Shown here one piece after another: positions 1 through 10,558 of a DNA stretch of 64,000 bases. Both the position numbers and the translations under genes were made by a program. The DNA comes from Nitrosopumilus sp. (lineage in GTDB: Archaea > Thermoproteota > Nitrososphaeria > Nitrososphaerales > Nitrosopumilaceae). Under the pieces are notes generated by a model, which was not told the origin of the DNA, made no database searches, and saw nothing but the letters and a program-made list of their open reading frames with translations. The stretch covers positions 928,001-992,000 of the forward strand of contig OY763927.2 in the NCBI GenBank assembly GCA_963667665.2, read 5' to 3'. Position 1 is the first letter of the stretch. Each line of letters begins with the position of its first letter.

Positions 1-2867
1 GTTTCCATATTTTTATCAAATCCAAAAGCTGAAAGAATTTGCTGTAATTTTGATTCATTTTCTTTTAAATCATGTAAATCATGATTTAGTGAATCAGATT
101 GACGTTCCAATGTAGTAATTTGTTTTGTTATGTTCACTTTCTTTTCATTTAAGATTTTGAGTTTATCATCATATTCTTTGAGTTGCCCAATTAATGAACC
201 AGAAGTAGCTATAAGCTCTTGTTCTTTTTCTCTCAATTTTTCAAGGATTTCTCTTTTTGGTTCTTTTTGTTTTTCTAATTCTTGAATCTTTGTTTCTATT
301 TCTTGACGTTCTAAATTCAAAGAACTTTCTTCCTCATGAAGTCGATTAGACTGAGATTTTTCTTGATTAGATTTAGTTTGCAATGCTGTTAATTCAGATG
401 ACTTATCACGATATTCATTTGTAATTGTAGTGTATAATTTTTCAATATCCATTTTTTTTATGTTAATTTTATGCATCTCATTTGCAATACGAGTTTGTTC
501 TCCACTTGCATAATTTTTCTCAACAATGGAAATACGATCATTTAGTGAATCAATGTGGGATTCAGTTGTAATCATTTCTGATTCAATATGCATATTTCTT
601 GAAGAAAGTTCAGAATTTCTTTTAGTCAGTTGTTCTTTTACACGCATTACAGAAGTAATACTTGATTTCAAATTAGAATAATTTTCATTTGCGGAGGTCA
701 AAGATTTTTCTGAAACAGAAAGTCTTTCAACATATGATTGAATTGAATCATCTAATTTTTTCAAAGAATGTTTTTTCTGTAGTAAATATTTTTTAATCAT
801 ACTAATAGATTGAAACAAACTATCAATATCACCACTCATTGAAATCAGTTTTGTAAGTTTTGAAATTTTTGAATTGATATCAATTACAACAGTACCACCT
901 TTTGCTGCAAAGTATTCGCCATCCAGAGTTACTGCTTTGTATCCTAGTTGTGACACATTATAGGCAGATTCTCGATTTTGGGTGAGTATAATATTTCCAA
1001 ATAGGAAGGTTTTGAGCGTAGAATACGCAGGATTACAGGTTACATAATCACCAAGTACACCAATTACTCCAGATTCTTTTGGCATACTAATCTTAAATTT
1101 TGGAATGGCATCAAGAGGAATAATTTTTAGCTTTGGAAGTTTCTTGCTTCTTGCAACTTCGGCAATTCCAATCAACGTGGCAAAGTCTTTAACAACAATT
1201 GCCTTGATCCAATCAGAACTTACAGCTAAAACAGAACGTTCGTATTGTTTATCCCATGAAATCATTTCATATACTAAACCTTCAATGCCAAGTTTGTCTG
1301 CATCTTCCATTAATTTTGCAACAGTATAATCTTCATGCATGAATCCTTTTACAGTTTTGATTTTTGATTGATATTTAATTGCAGAGTTACTTGCTGTTTC
1401 TAAAATCACTGCCCATTCTTCCATGTCATCATTTATTTTTAATTTTTTTGTTTGTAATTTTTTGATTCGAGATTTTAATTCAGTAATAGTTGCAATATTA
1501 TTTTTCATTATGGATATAAATTTGGATTTAGATTCAGATAATTCAACAATACCTTGTTCTTGTTCAATTAATTTTGTAGAATTTATTTTAATTTTGTTTT
1601 TAGAGTCTTCTTTTTCATGTTGAATTTTAGAAAGTTTGAGTTCAGCGTCATTTAATTGATTAGTAAGAATTTTAATTTTGTCATCTATTTCAGATTTTTT
1701 TGCTGCAACATTTGATTGTTCTGTTAGAATTGTATTTCTTTCAATATCAACAATTTCTACATCTTTATTGATTTTATTTTTCTTTAGATTTGTCTCGTCA
1801 ATTGATTTTTTAATTTTTAAAATTTGACTATCAATATCACTTGCAGTATCTTTAAAACTTTCTAACTCTATTTTAATTTCTGGAATTCTTTTATCAATTT
1901 GTTCTATTCTTTTCTTTGATGCAGAAATTGCACTATTGTCAATTTCATATTGTTCCATTGCAGAACTTAGTTCGGCATCAATTGTTGCTTTTGCTTGATT
2001 GTAATCATTAGCATCACTCATTGATTTTGCCTTTTCAGTATCTAATACACTAATTTCAGTTTCTAACACACTTCGTTCACCACCAAATTGTGTGATTTCA
2101 GTAGTAGTGGAGTGTAAAGTAGACTCTATTGAATCTTTTTTGCTTGAAACAATCTTCATTTTATTGGCAGCATCTATTGCCTTGTATCGATTAAGTTCAC
2201 GTTCAAGAATATCATGGCGTAGTTTTTGATTTCTTTCTTCCTCAAGTTCATCAATTCTTTTTTTAATTTCACCCATTTTTGCTGCTGCAATCTCAAATCT
2301 TCTATCAGCCTCATCTAGTTGTTTTAGAGCTTCAGTCTTTTTTTCATCAAAATAAGACAATCCAATCAAATCTTCAATTGTTTGTCTTTTTTCGTCAGAA
2401 GTAAATTCAGAAATTCTAGTTACTGTTCCTTGTTGAACAACATTGAGTTGTCCTAACCCTGCATTTGCCATATCAAGTAAATCAAGAATTTGGTTTCGAG
2501 TTGTTTTCTTTTTGTTAAGATAGTATATGCTTTCACCATGTTCACTCATTTCTCTTGTAATCTCAACAGTATCAGAATCAACAGGGATCTTTCTATCGGA
2601 ATTATCAAAATGTACACTTGCCCTAGTCATTTTTACTGATCCATGACGATTGCCTTCAATATCATGAATTAGCGATCGTAATTTGTCAACCCTCAAAATT
2701 TTTGTTTTATTTTCTCCCAATGCAAACATAATGGCATCCAAGATGTTGCTCTTGCCAGATCCATTTGGGCCAGAGATCGATACAAGACCTGGTTCAAACT
2801 GAACAGTGGTATTCTTAAATCCAAATGATTTGAATCCAAAGATATCAACTTTTTTAATATGAACCAA
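1..2867 (-). CDS. smc: Chromosome segregation ATPase SMC (3' end runs off the window)
   Basis: Manual translation from TTG at 2867: MVHIKKVDIFGFKSFGFKNTTVQFEPGLVSISGPNGSGKSN (Walker A), LNVVQQG Q-loop, coiled coil, hinge-like AVTLDGE. Missing from the ORF track because there is no stop in the window. Confidence 0.93.
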   Translation of the reverse strand, partial: MVHIKKVDIFGFKSFGFKNTTVQFEPGLVSISGPNGSGKSNILDAIMFALGENKTKILRVDKLRSLIHDIEGNRHGSVKMTRASVHFDNSDRKIPVDSDTVEITREMSEHGESIYYLNKKKTTRNQILDLLDMANAGLGQLNVVQQGTVTRISEFTSDEKRQTIEDLIGLSYFDEKKTEALKQLDEADRRFEIAAAKMGEIKKRIDELEEERNQKLRHDILERELNRYKAIDAANKMKIVSSKKDSIESTLHSTTTEITQFGGERSVLETEISVLDTEKAKSMSDANDYNQAKATIDAELSSAMEQYEIDNSAISASKKRIEQIDKRIPEIKIELESFKDTASDIDSQILKIKKSIDETNLKKNKINKDVEIVDIERNTILTEQSNVAAKKSEIDDKIKILTNQLNDAELKLSKIQHEKEDSKNKIKINSTKLIEQEQGIVELSESKSKFISIMKNNIATITELKSRIKKLQTKKLKINDDMEEWAVILETASNSAIKYQSKIKTVKGFMHEDYTVAKLMEDADKLGIEGLVYEMISWDKQYERSVLAVSSDWIKAIVVKDFATLIGIAEVARSKKLPKLKIIPLDAIPKFKISMPKESGVIGVLGDYVTCNPAYSTLKTFLFGNIILTQNRESAYNVSQLGYKAVTLDGEYFAAKGGTVVIDINSKISKLTKLISMSGDIDSLFQSISMIKKYLLQKKHSLKKLDDSIQSYVERLSVSEKSLTSANENYSNLKSSITSVMRVKEQLTKRNSELSSRNMHIESEMITTESHIDSLNDRISIVEKNYASGEQTRIANEMHKINIKKMDIEKLYTTITNEYRDKSSELTALQTKSNQEKSQSNRLHEEESSLNLERQEIETKIQELEKQKEPKREILEKLREKEQELIATSGSLIGQLKEYDDKLKILNEKKVNITKQITTLERQSDSLNHDLHDLKENESKLQQILSAFGFDKNME

Positions 2868-3036
2868 TAAAGATCTTTTCTCAATCTGTAGGATAATCGA
2901 ATACTAACAAGTTTTGTTGACATAATTGCATAATTTTTCTTGTTGTATTATGAAATTTTTGAGTGCTTAAAATTTAATCCATGTTTTTCACACAAAAAGA
3001 TTGGAATTGTGCGTGAATAAAATACAAATTAATCGA

Positions 3037-4131
3037 TTAGTCACCAGCAACAAACTTTTCACATGCAGTTTTTGCTGCAACATCAGAAGTTTGTTCTATT
3101 GGATGTTTCATCAAATATGCACTTGCTGGTTTAATTGGTCCACCTACACCTCTATCAAGAGCAATTTTTGCCAATCTAATGGCATCAATTACAATTCCAG
3201 CAGAATTTGCTTTGTCATCAACTTCTAAGCGAACTTCCATATTGTAAGGGATGTTTGCCCATTGACGACCTTCGATTCTCATAAACATGAGTTTAGTATT
3301 ACCCAAAAATGGAATGAAATCAGAAGGACCTACATAAATTTGATCATCATCTAGTCTTTCAGCAAGTTGACTTTGAACACTTTCTGTTTTAGAAATTCTC
3401 TTCGAGACAAGTCTATCTTGTTCTTTCATGTTTAGAAAATCAGTATTTCCCCCAACATTGATTTGATATGTTTTTTCAATTTTGGTTCCTCTGTCACTAC
3501 ATAATTTAGCTAATGTTCTATGAACTATGGTTGCACCAACTTGACCTTTGATATCATCACCAATACAAGGAATATTTTTTTCTTCAAATTTTTTGGCCCA
3601 TTTTTCATCTGAGGCAATAAACGAAGGTATACAATTCACAAATGCAATATTTGTGTCTAGACAAATCTGTGCCCAATATTCAGTTACCTTATCAGAGCCT
3701 ACGGGTAAATAAGATACAATAATTTCAACACCAGTATCTTTGAGTACTTTTTTTACGTCTTCAGTAATCTGTTCAGCAGTTTTAGGGTTTTTAATTGGAT
3801 TTATTCTGTTTTCCACCCAGATGCCAACGCCATCTAAAATTGGACTTTCATAGACTTTGGCATCTGTTTTTGGCATTTCATCTTTTGAAATCCAATCAAC
3901 CATGTTAGGATATTCATAAATTGCCTCATTGAGTGGTTTGCCAACTTTATTTTCAGCAACATCAAATCCACACACAAAATCAATGTCATGAATTCCATAT
4001 CCAGCTAATTTGTCATGAATAATTCCAGTAACCTCTTGAGATGGGTTTTTTCTATAATATTCAATTCCTTCAATTAATCCAGAAAAACAATTACCTATAC
4101 CTACTAAACCAACTTTAATCCTACCTGCCAT
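3037..4131 (-). CDS. ino1: myo-inositol-1-phosphate synthase
   Basis: GIGNC Rossmann start; YLPVGS, GDDIKGQVGAT, NVGGNTDFLN and DKANSAG motifs. Confidence 0.93.
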   Translation of the reverse strand: MAGRIKVGLVGIGNCFSGLIEGIEYYRKNPSQEVTGIIHDKLAGYGIHDIDFVCGFDVAENKVGKPLNEAIYEYPNMVDWISKDEMPKTDAKVYESPILDGVGIWVENRINPIKNPKTAEQITEDVKKVLKDTGVEIIVSYLPVGSDKVTEYWAQICLDTNIAFVNCIPSFIASDEKWAKKFEEKNIPCIGDDIKGQVGATIVHRTLAKLCSDRGTKIEKTYQINVGGNTDFLNMKEQDRLVSKRISKTESVQSQLAERLDDDQIYVGPSDFIPFLGNTKLMFMRIEGRQWANIPYNMEVRLEVDDKANSAGIVIDAIRLAKIALDRGVGGPIKPASAYLMKHPIEQTSDVAAKTACEKFVAGD

Positions 4132-4358
4132 TCAAACAGTGGTTTCATTGAGCGAATTAATAGTTTTCCAAGTTGAGTAATAAAATAATTTCAATTAAGA
4201 CAGGTTATAAAACTCAATAGTTTTAGAGAGTAAATCTTTCTGATATTTTCCGTTGGCATATTTTATGATAAATGCTAAAATTATAACTATGACTTTTATT
4301 CAAACTGGAAATTTGAGATTAAGACAGAAATTTATACTTGCATTCAACGATTGAAAGG

Positions 4359-5300
4359 ATGATAGAACCTGGCCGTCCAGTCAAAGATATTGAGATTGAT
4401 TCAAACACATCTATAGAAAAAATATTTGAAGAGTTATCTCAATCAGGAGGGTTTGAATCAGTAAATCTATCAGATGGATTGAAGATTTTAACGGAAATGA
4501 TTTCAGATGAACAATGTCTTAGATTTGTTTCATGTGTAGCAGCTGTAATGTCAACAGGATTAAGAGGAATTTTCAAAGATATGATCAAAAACAAATGGTT
4601 TGATGTAGTCATGACTACCTGTGGAGCATTAGATCATGACATTGCAAGACATTTCTCACATTACAAAGAGGGGTCGTTTACAATGGATGACAAAGAATTG
4701 GCTGAACAAAACATCCACAGATTAGGTAACGTACTTGTACCTATGGAAAGTTATGGGCCAATTATTGAAGAAAAGATGCAGGAATTTTTAGAGGAAGAAT
4801 ATCAGAACGGAACAAGAGAAATGACTACAGCAGAAATATGCAAAATGATTGGAAAACATTTAGGAGAAGATTCATTTCTTTATTGGGCATACAAAAACAA
4901 TATCAATGTGGTAGTTCCAGGAATTGTGGATGGCGCTGTAGGAAGTCAAATTTGGTTATTCACACAAAAACACAATGATTTCAAATTAAACATAATAGGA
5001 GATGCCGAATTAATTTCAGGTTTAATTTTCAAAGCTAAAAAATCAGGTGCATTTATGATTGGAGGGGGAATTTCAAAACACCATACATTATGGTGGAATC
5101 AATACAGAGAAGGATTAGATTATGCATTTTACATTACAACTGCACAAGAATTTGACGGAAGTCTCAGTGGAGCATTAGTCAAGGAAGCAATTTCATGGGG
5201 AAAAGTAACGCAGGAAGCAAAACAAACAACTCTTCATGCAGAAGTAACAACAATATTACCATTCATCTATGCAGCACTTTTATCAAAACTAAAAAAATAA
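4359..5300 (+). CDS. dys: Deoxyhypusine synthase
   Basis: HRLGNV, IGGGISKH and DGSLSGA..EAISWGK motifs. Start moved to ATG 4359, about 25 nt after a TTTATA box. Confidence 0.92.
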   Translation: MIEPGRPVKDIEIDSNTSIEKIFEELSQSGGFESVNLSDGLKILTEMISDEQCLRFVSCVAAVMSTGLRGIFKDMIKNKWFDVVMTTCGALDHDIARHFSHYKEGSFTMDDKELAEQNIHRLGNVLVPMESYGPIIEEKMQEFLEEEYQNGTREMTTAEICKMIGKHLGEDSFLYWAYKNNINVVVPGIVDGAVGSQIWLFTQKHNDFKLNIIGDAELISGLIFKAKKSGAFMIGGGISKHHTLWWNQYREGLDYAFYITTAQEFDGSLSGALVKEAISWGKVTQEAKQTTLHAEVTTILPFIYAALLSKLKK

Positions 5301-5348
5301 ATGTAGAATTAGCAAAAATTATTATTCTATTAAAATTAAAATTATTCA

Positions 5349-6062
5349 TTGTTTCCTAGAATCACAATTAAAGAGTTAAAGAAAATTAATTTAGAAGGAG
5401 GATATCTAGTTGATGGTTTCCCATCAGTAGGATTTAGCAGTGCAATTGCAACTGAGTCAATGATACATACATCACAATTTGAGTTAGCTGGAATTATTGA
5501 TTCACCTAGTTTTCCACCAATCAGTATAGTCAAAGATGGTAAACCCAATTTTGCCTCCAGAATTTTTGTTAACGAAGATTTGAAAGTTGGAGTGTTTTTG
5601 TCATATATCACACTAGAGCAATCATTGCACAAAGCTGCAGCTAAAACAATGCTAAAGTGGGCAAAAAAACACAAAATAGGATTAATTGTTAGCAGCGTTG
5701 CAGTAAAATCTCAAGACGGTAGTGAAGAAGTAAGAGGGATTGGAAATTCAGATTCTGCAAGAGAAAAAATTAGAGCAGCAGGTTTGGAGGTGTTAGATCA
5801 TGGGACAATACCAGGAATTCCAGCAAGGTTGCTAAATGAAGGAAGTATGTCAGGCCAAGATGTAATTGTAATAATTTTTTACACAGATGGGAAAGGTCCA
5901 GATTTTAAATCAAGTGTTCAAATTTGTGATGCAATGTCTAAATTAATTCCCGGAGTGTCATGCGACATTCCAGTATTAGAAAAACAAGCTGAAAAAGCGG
6001 AAATAATTATGAAAGAAACAGAGAAAGAATCAAAACAGCTTAAAGATTCTATGTATAGATAA
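5349..6062 (+). CDS. PAC2-family proteasome assembly chaperone-like protein
   Basis: DGFPSVG N-terminal motif, FPPIS, GPDF, C-terminal MYR. Confidence 0.8.
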   Translation: MFPRITIKELKKINLEGGYLVDGFPSVGFSSAIATESMIHTSQFELAGIIDSPSFPPISIVKDGKPNFASRIFVNEDLKVGVFLSYITLEQSLHKAAAKTMLKWAKKHKIGLIVSSVAVKSQDGSEEVRGIGNSDSAREKIRAAGLEVLDHGTIPGIPARLLNEGSMSGQDVIVIIFYTDGKGPDFKSSVQICDAMSKLIPGVSCDIPVLEKQAEKAEIIMKETEKESKQLKDSMYR

Positions 6063-6114
6063 AATTTTTGATTATGTTTATTTCATAACTAAAAAGTAGG
6101 AATATCAGAAAACA

Positions 6115-6735
6115 ATGGTTCAGATTCTTGAATTTGCAGTATTAGTAATAGTAATTTCAGCATCAGGAGTTATGGCACCAGGACCTCTTTTTGCAGCAAA
6201 CATATCATATGGATTAAGAGAAGGTGTAAGAGCAGGTATCAAGATGGCAATTGGTCATACAATTGTCGAATTACCATTAGTAATTTTGTTAGGAGTTGGA
6301 GTATTTTCCCTAGAATCATTTCCAGAATTTAGGACAGTAATTTCTATTTTTGGAGCAATTACACTTTTTGCATTTGCAGCAATACAAATTAGAACGATAT
6401 TTAGAAGCAAAAATCTTGTTTCATCTAATCCAAAACAAGGCCCATTAATTGCAGGAATTGTATTAAGTGCATTAAATCCATTTTTTATAATTTGGTGGTT
6501 GGCTATTGGATTCAAATTAATTTCAGATGCAATGTTAATTTGGTCATTTGCAGGCATACTAATCGTGTTTGGTTTACACATTTGGATGGATTTTGCATGG
6601 TTAGGAACAGTTTCATTTCTTGCATCAAAAAGTTTGAAAATTCTTTCTAACAAAAATTACAAAATATTAATGATAGGACTAAGTTTAATGTTAATTTATT
6701 TTGGAATTACATTTTTGATAGACATATTGCCTTAA
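6115..6735 (+). CDS. LysE family transporter
   Basis: SGVMAPGP, GH..VE and LNPFFIIWW motifs; about six hydrophobic segments. Confidence 0.85.
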   Translation: MVQILEFAVLVIVISASGVMAPGPLFAANISYGLREGVRAGIKMAIGHTIVELPLVILLGVGVFSLESFPEFRTVISIFGAITLFAFAAIQIRTIFRSKNLVSSNPKQGPLIAGIVLSALNPFFIIWWLAIGFKLISDAMLIWSFAGILIVFGLHIWMDFAWLGTVSFLASKSLKILSNKNYKILMIGLSLMLIYFGITFLIDILP

Positions 6736-7004
6736 CCACAATCTAAAATTTCTATTTGAGGTTCACAGTTATCATTAAACAAATCAATTTTTTCAACTAT
6801 GATTTCACAAAATTCAGGTTCAAGAGATTTTTCATATGAAGAAATTTCATTTAAAATTATCATATGTTGCAGTCCACATGAATTATCAATTGAGTAAATT
6901 AAAATTCCAACAATAGAAATTCCAATTGCAATTAGAATTAAATTTCTTAAACTAAGTTTTTGAAAGATCAATTTCCATGGTAGAAACATTACGCTGCTTT
7001 CCAT
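6732..7004 (-). CDS. Small membrane-anchored hypothetical protein with four Cys (start uncertain; the 5' part overlaps alba)
   Basis: TM segment [16 protein letters not shown] followed by C..C..C..CG; fills the gap between lysE and alba. Confidence 0.55.
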   Translation of the reverse strand: MESSVMFLPWKLIFQKLSLRNLILIAIGISIVGILIYSIDNSCGLQHMIILNEISSYEKSLEPEFCEIIVEKIDLFNDNCEPQIEILDCG

Positions 7005-7927
7005 CTTGAGAAGTAAGAGAATCAGATGAAATTCTTACATCGCTGATAACATAGCCTACTAAATCCATTCTTTTCATAATCATTTGAGATACATCAACGG
7101 CTTGTGTAATTCGTTTTCCTCTAGCTTTGATAGTAACTGTCTGTCTTGTTGAAAGTTGTGTTAAGGTTGCAGAAACATAAGTCATAATTGGTTTTGTTCC
7201 AACATAAATCACATCACGTTCTTCTAATTTTTTAGGAGAATCTGAAGTTTCACTAGTAGTTTCAGGTGTTGGTTCTGGTGTTGGTTCAGGTTCTGGTGTT
7301 GGTTCAGGTTCTGGTGTTGGTTCAGGTTCTGGTGTTGGTTCTGGTGTTGGTTCTGGTGTTGGTTCTGGTGTTGGTTCTGGTGTTGGTTCTGGTGTTGGTT
7401 CTGGTGTTGGTTCTGGTGTTGGTTCAGGTGTCTGGTGTTGGTTCTGGTGTTGGTTCTGGTGTTGGTTCTGGTGTTGGTTCTGGTGTTGGTTCTGGTGTTG
7501 GTTCTGGTGTTGGTTCTGGTGTTGGTTCTGGTTCTGGTGTTGGTTCAGGTTCTGGTGTTGGTTCAGGTTCTGGTGTTGGTTCTGGTGTTGGTTCTGGTGT
7601 TGGTTCTGGTGTTGGTTCAGGTTCTGGTGTTGGTTCAGGTTCTGGTGTTGGTTCAGGTTCTGGTGTTGGTTCTGGTGTTGGTTCTGGTGTTGGTTCAGGT
7701 TCTGGTGTTGGTTCAGGTTCTGGTGTTGGTTCAGGTTCTGGTGTTGGTTCTGGTGTTGGTTCTGGTGTTGGTTCAGGTTCTGGTGTTGGTTCTGGTGTTG
7801 GTTCAGGTTCTGGTGTTGGTTCTGGTGTTGGTTCAGGTTCTGGTGTTGGTTTAGGTTCTGGTTTAGTTCGAGAATCAAATTCTGATAAAATATCTTCTGC
7901 GTCTTTTGATTTTTTAGAGTCACTCAA
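6952..7927 (-). CDS. alba: Alba DNA/RNA-binding protein with a long N-terminal PEPT repeat, split by an apparent +1 frameshift near 7430
   Basis: C-terminal [34 protein letters not shown] is Alba. ORF 7424..7927 supplies the N-terminus. Removing the extra base in ggttcaggtGtct joins them into about 324 aa. Confidence 0.8.
7262..7862. repeat. ~600-bp coding minisatellite of 6-nt units (ggttct/ggtgtt/ggttca) arranged as 12- and 18-mers
   Basis: Directly visible tandem array; the minus strand reads CCA GAA / CCA ACA / CCT GAA (PE, PT). Confidence 0.98.
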
Positions 7928-7967
7928 TTTTAATACCTTTTATAACAAAACATTCTCTGGCTTTTAT

Positions 7968-8216
7968 TTAATTTTTGAGATTTTCCCCTTGGACATAATC
8001 TTCAAATAATTTTTCAAGTTCATCGTCATTATCACATTTTCTAATTTTCTCGACTAAATCTTCTTGCTCAATTTCATAACAATTCATGACATCTTGGGAA
8101 TCTTTGAAAACCAAAAATGCCTTATTTTTAAATATACAATGATATAGTTTTTCTTTTTCCATTTTTTCAGGTTTTAAATTTACACCATTTTCATCAGCAG
8201 ACACAGGATAATCCAT
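7968..8216 (-). CDS. Small acidic hypothetical protein
   Basis: ATG-started 82-aa ORF filling the gap, divergent from dinB. Confidence 0.75.
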   Translation of the reverse strand: MDYPVSADENGVNLKPEKMEKEKLYHCIFKNKAFLVFKDSQDVMNCYEIEQEDLVEKIRKCDNDDELEKLFEDYVQGENLKN

Positions 8217-8288
8217 GAAAAGAGTGAATCTGTTTAGTATTTAGATGAATACACAATATAGTAATAATCAAAAGAGATTAGAAGAATA

Positions 8289-9383
8289 TTGGAAACAAGA
8301 GTAGTTTTCCACATAGATTTTGATTATTTCTATGCTCAATGTGAAGAGATCAGATTACCAGAACTAAAATCAAAGCCAGTATGTGTTTGTGTATATTCGG
8401 ATAGAGGAGGAGATAGTGGAGCTATTGCTACAGCAAATTATACAGCAAGGAAATATGGAGTAAAGTCAGGAATACCAATAATCTTTGCGAAAAAAAGGCT
8501 AGAGGAAAGGAAAGATGCAGTGTTTTTACCTGTAGATTTTGATTATTATTTTGAAATGTCAGAAAAGGCAATGAAAATTATGGAAAGTGATGCAGATATT
8601 TTTGAATATGTAGGAAAAGACGAAGCATATTTGGATGTAACAAAAAGAGTGGAGGGGGATTATAAAAAAGCTAGTCATCTTGCACAACAAATTAAAAATT
8701 CAATTAGAGATCAAGTAAAACTTAGTTGTTCAATAGGAATTTCACCAAACAAGTTAATTTCAAAAATAGCATCAGACTTTCAGAAACCTGATGGTCTTAC
8801 TATTGTATCTCCAGAGAAAATTAATGAATTCTTAGAACCATTAGAAATCAGAGTAATACCAGGTATTGGAAAAAAGACAGAGAATAAATTTTCAGAAATG
8901 AATCTAAAAACAATTCAAGATTTAAAAAAATTAGATGTTTTTTCTTTGAATAAAGAATTTGGAAGAAAAAATGGGACGTATATCTATAATGCAGTTAGAG
9001 GAATTAACAATGAACCTGTAAAAGAAAGAGAAGCAAGAATACAATACAGTAAAATCACAACATTGAAAAAAGATTCAAAAGATTATCAGTTTCTATCTGA
9101 AAACATTATTGAATTATGTAAAGAAGTTCATGATGTTGTTATAAAAAATAATAGAATGTTCAAATCAATTGGCATACATTTTGTTCAGTCAGATTTATCA
9201 AATAAATCTAAATCAAGAATGCTAAGAAGTCCAACTGCAAATCTGGATGAATTGCAAAAAAATGCCATTCAATTACTAAAAGAAGCACTAGAAAACCAAA
9301 CAATCACAATTAGAAGGTTGGGTGTTAAAGTTACAGAGCTCTCAGAAGTTCAAGGACAAAGCGACATTACTCATTATTTCTAG
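8289..9383 (+). CDS. dinB: Y-family DNA polymerase IV
   Basis: HIDFDYFYAQCE, ANYTARKYGVKSG, DEAYLD, KIASDFQKPDG, IPGIG; PIP-like QSDITHYF tail. Confidence 0.95.
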   Translation: METRVVFHIDFDYFYAQCEEIRLPELKSKPVCVCVYSDRGGDSGAIATANYTARKYGVKSGIPIIFAKKRLEERKDAVFLPVDFDYYFEMSEKAMKIMESDADIFEYVGKDEAYLDVTKRVEGDYKKASHLAQQIKNSIRDQVKLSCSIGISPNKLISKIASDFQKPDGLTIVSPEKINEFLEPLEIRVIPGIGKKTENKFSEMNLKTIQDLKKLDVFSLNKEFGRKNGTYIYNAVRGINNEPVKEREARIQYSKITTLKKDSKDYQFLSENIIELCKEVHDVVIKNNRMFKSIGIHFVQSDLSNKSKSRMLRSPTANLDELQKNAIQLLKEALENQTITIRRLGVKVTELSEVQGQSDITHYF

Positions 9384-10314
9384 AAGGTGCATTACCTTTA
9401 GATTCTAGCTTTTTTAGACGTCTCGATTCTATTAGTATAACAACTAGGATGAACCCAAATAGCCACGGTAAAAACATAATTTCACCGGCAATTTGATGAA
9501 ATTCTTCCCATGCGGTAGGATCTGTAGTAACTTTCAGGGCATACCAAGACAACGAGAAAATTCGGATTAAATTAACAATGATTGTGCCAATAATTCCTAA
9601 AACAAAATACATAGCTTTTCGGTTTCTAGGTATGTTCAATTTTAACATGAATGCACCAATTACTAAAGAGAAAATTATAATACTATGAACCCCTGCAGAT
9701 GGCCAAAACACTTGAAGAGCTATTGAACCATGATCACCACGTAAGAACATTACATTATCTTTAGCTACAGCAGTTCCAAGATCAAGTACTGTAATCAACC
9801 ATACATTTGCTTGAATAAAGTAAGGAACAACATATTGTAATGGACCAAGAGTGTCATATGGAAAAAATGCATCAAGCGAAAGTATTATTGCAGTTCCAGT
9901 TAGAAAGATAGGTCCTGCAGGTGCAATCCTAATCCATCGTTTTCCAAAGAAGATAGACAATGCTGCAACGATGAAAATTGCCATAACAACAAAGTCCCAC
10001 ATCCATGTCCAAGAATAAATTAATTGTACACCAAATTGTTCTGCAGATTCAATAATGTAATCTCTTAATCCATATTCTAATGAAATTAGATATGAAATGG
10101 TAACAAGTGCCATAGGAATTACTGCAAGTAAACGTTTTTTTGAAATGACAATTTTGAGTCCAATAAGTTCAGCTACCACAAAAACAAGTGCAAAAAGATA
10201 GCCCCCTCTTCCTTCATTCCAACTCCAAGATATTGAATCTGGAAATGCGATCATTGCAAAAAGAATAGGACTGGAAATAATCAAAATTCCAAAAATGAGA
10301 TTCTTATTCTGCAT
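9367..10314 (-). CDS. Thaumarchaeosortase (archaeosortase/exosortase family)
   Basis: Multi-TM protein; VFWPSAGVHS (Ser at the usual Cys), NLIRI (Arg) and EFH (His) triad motifs. Confidence 0.85.
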   Translation of the reverse strand: MQNKNLIFGILIISSPILFAMIAFPDSISWSWNEGRGGYLFALVFVVAELIGLKIVISKKRLLAVIPMALVTISYLISLEYGLRDYIIESAEQFGVQLIYSWTWMWDFVVMAIFIVAALSIFFGKRWIRIAPAGPIFLTGTAIILSLDAFFPYDTLGPLQYVVPYFIQANVWLITVLDLGTAVAKDNVMFLRGDHGSIALQVFWPSAGVHSIIIFSLVIGAFMLKLNIPRNRKAMYFVLGIIGTIIVNLIRIFSLSWYALKVTTDPTAWEEFHQIAGEIMFLPWLFGFILVVILIESRRLKKLESKGNAPSRNNE

Positions 10315-10401
10315 TATGTTTAACCTAAAAAATGGTAAATAAATATCTCAACTTTTCAAGGTTTGAAAATTCATCAGATTGAATAAATTTGGAAAAAGAT
10401 G

Positions 10402-10479
10402 CTAATCTTCTGCATCTTCTAATTCATCAGCGTCAGGATCTCTCCTACTAGGTCTAATTGGAACATAAATTACTGTCAC
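10402..10479 (-). CDS. Putative 25-aa microprotein MTVIYVPIRPSRRDPDADELEDAED
   Basis: GTG..TAG ORF read by hand; TATA-like TCTTAAAG about 20-25 nt upstream; non-random acidic tail. Confidence 0.45.
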   Translation of the reverse strand: MTVIYVPIRPSRRDPDADELEDAED

Positions 10480-10558
10480 AATAACAGTTCAAAAGACTTT
10501 AAGATACACTCCAAGGTTGCAAAAGTTTGTCTAATTGGTAATTTCTAATACATCAAAG

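Noticed and set aside
2693-2923. 76-aa ORF at the smc start, plus short plus-strand ORFs at 1105 and 1423
   Set aside because: Out-of-frame or antisense shadows of smc.
7262-7862. Possible CRISPR array
   Set aside because: Pure 6/12/18-nt tandem units without unique spacers, and no cas genes.
7266-8009. Plus-strand ORFs with VLVLV and GSGV repeats, and the NQHQ frame on the minus strand
   Set aside because: Stop-free alternative frames of the PEPT minisatellite; not separate genes.
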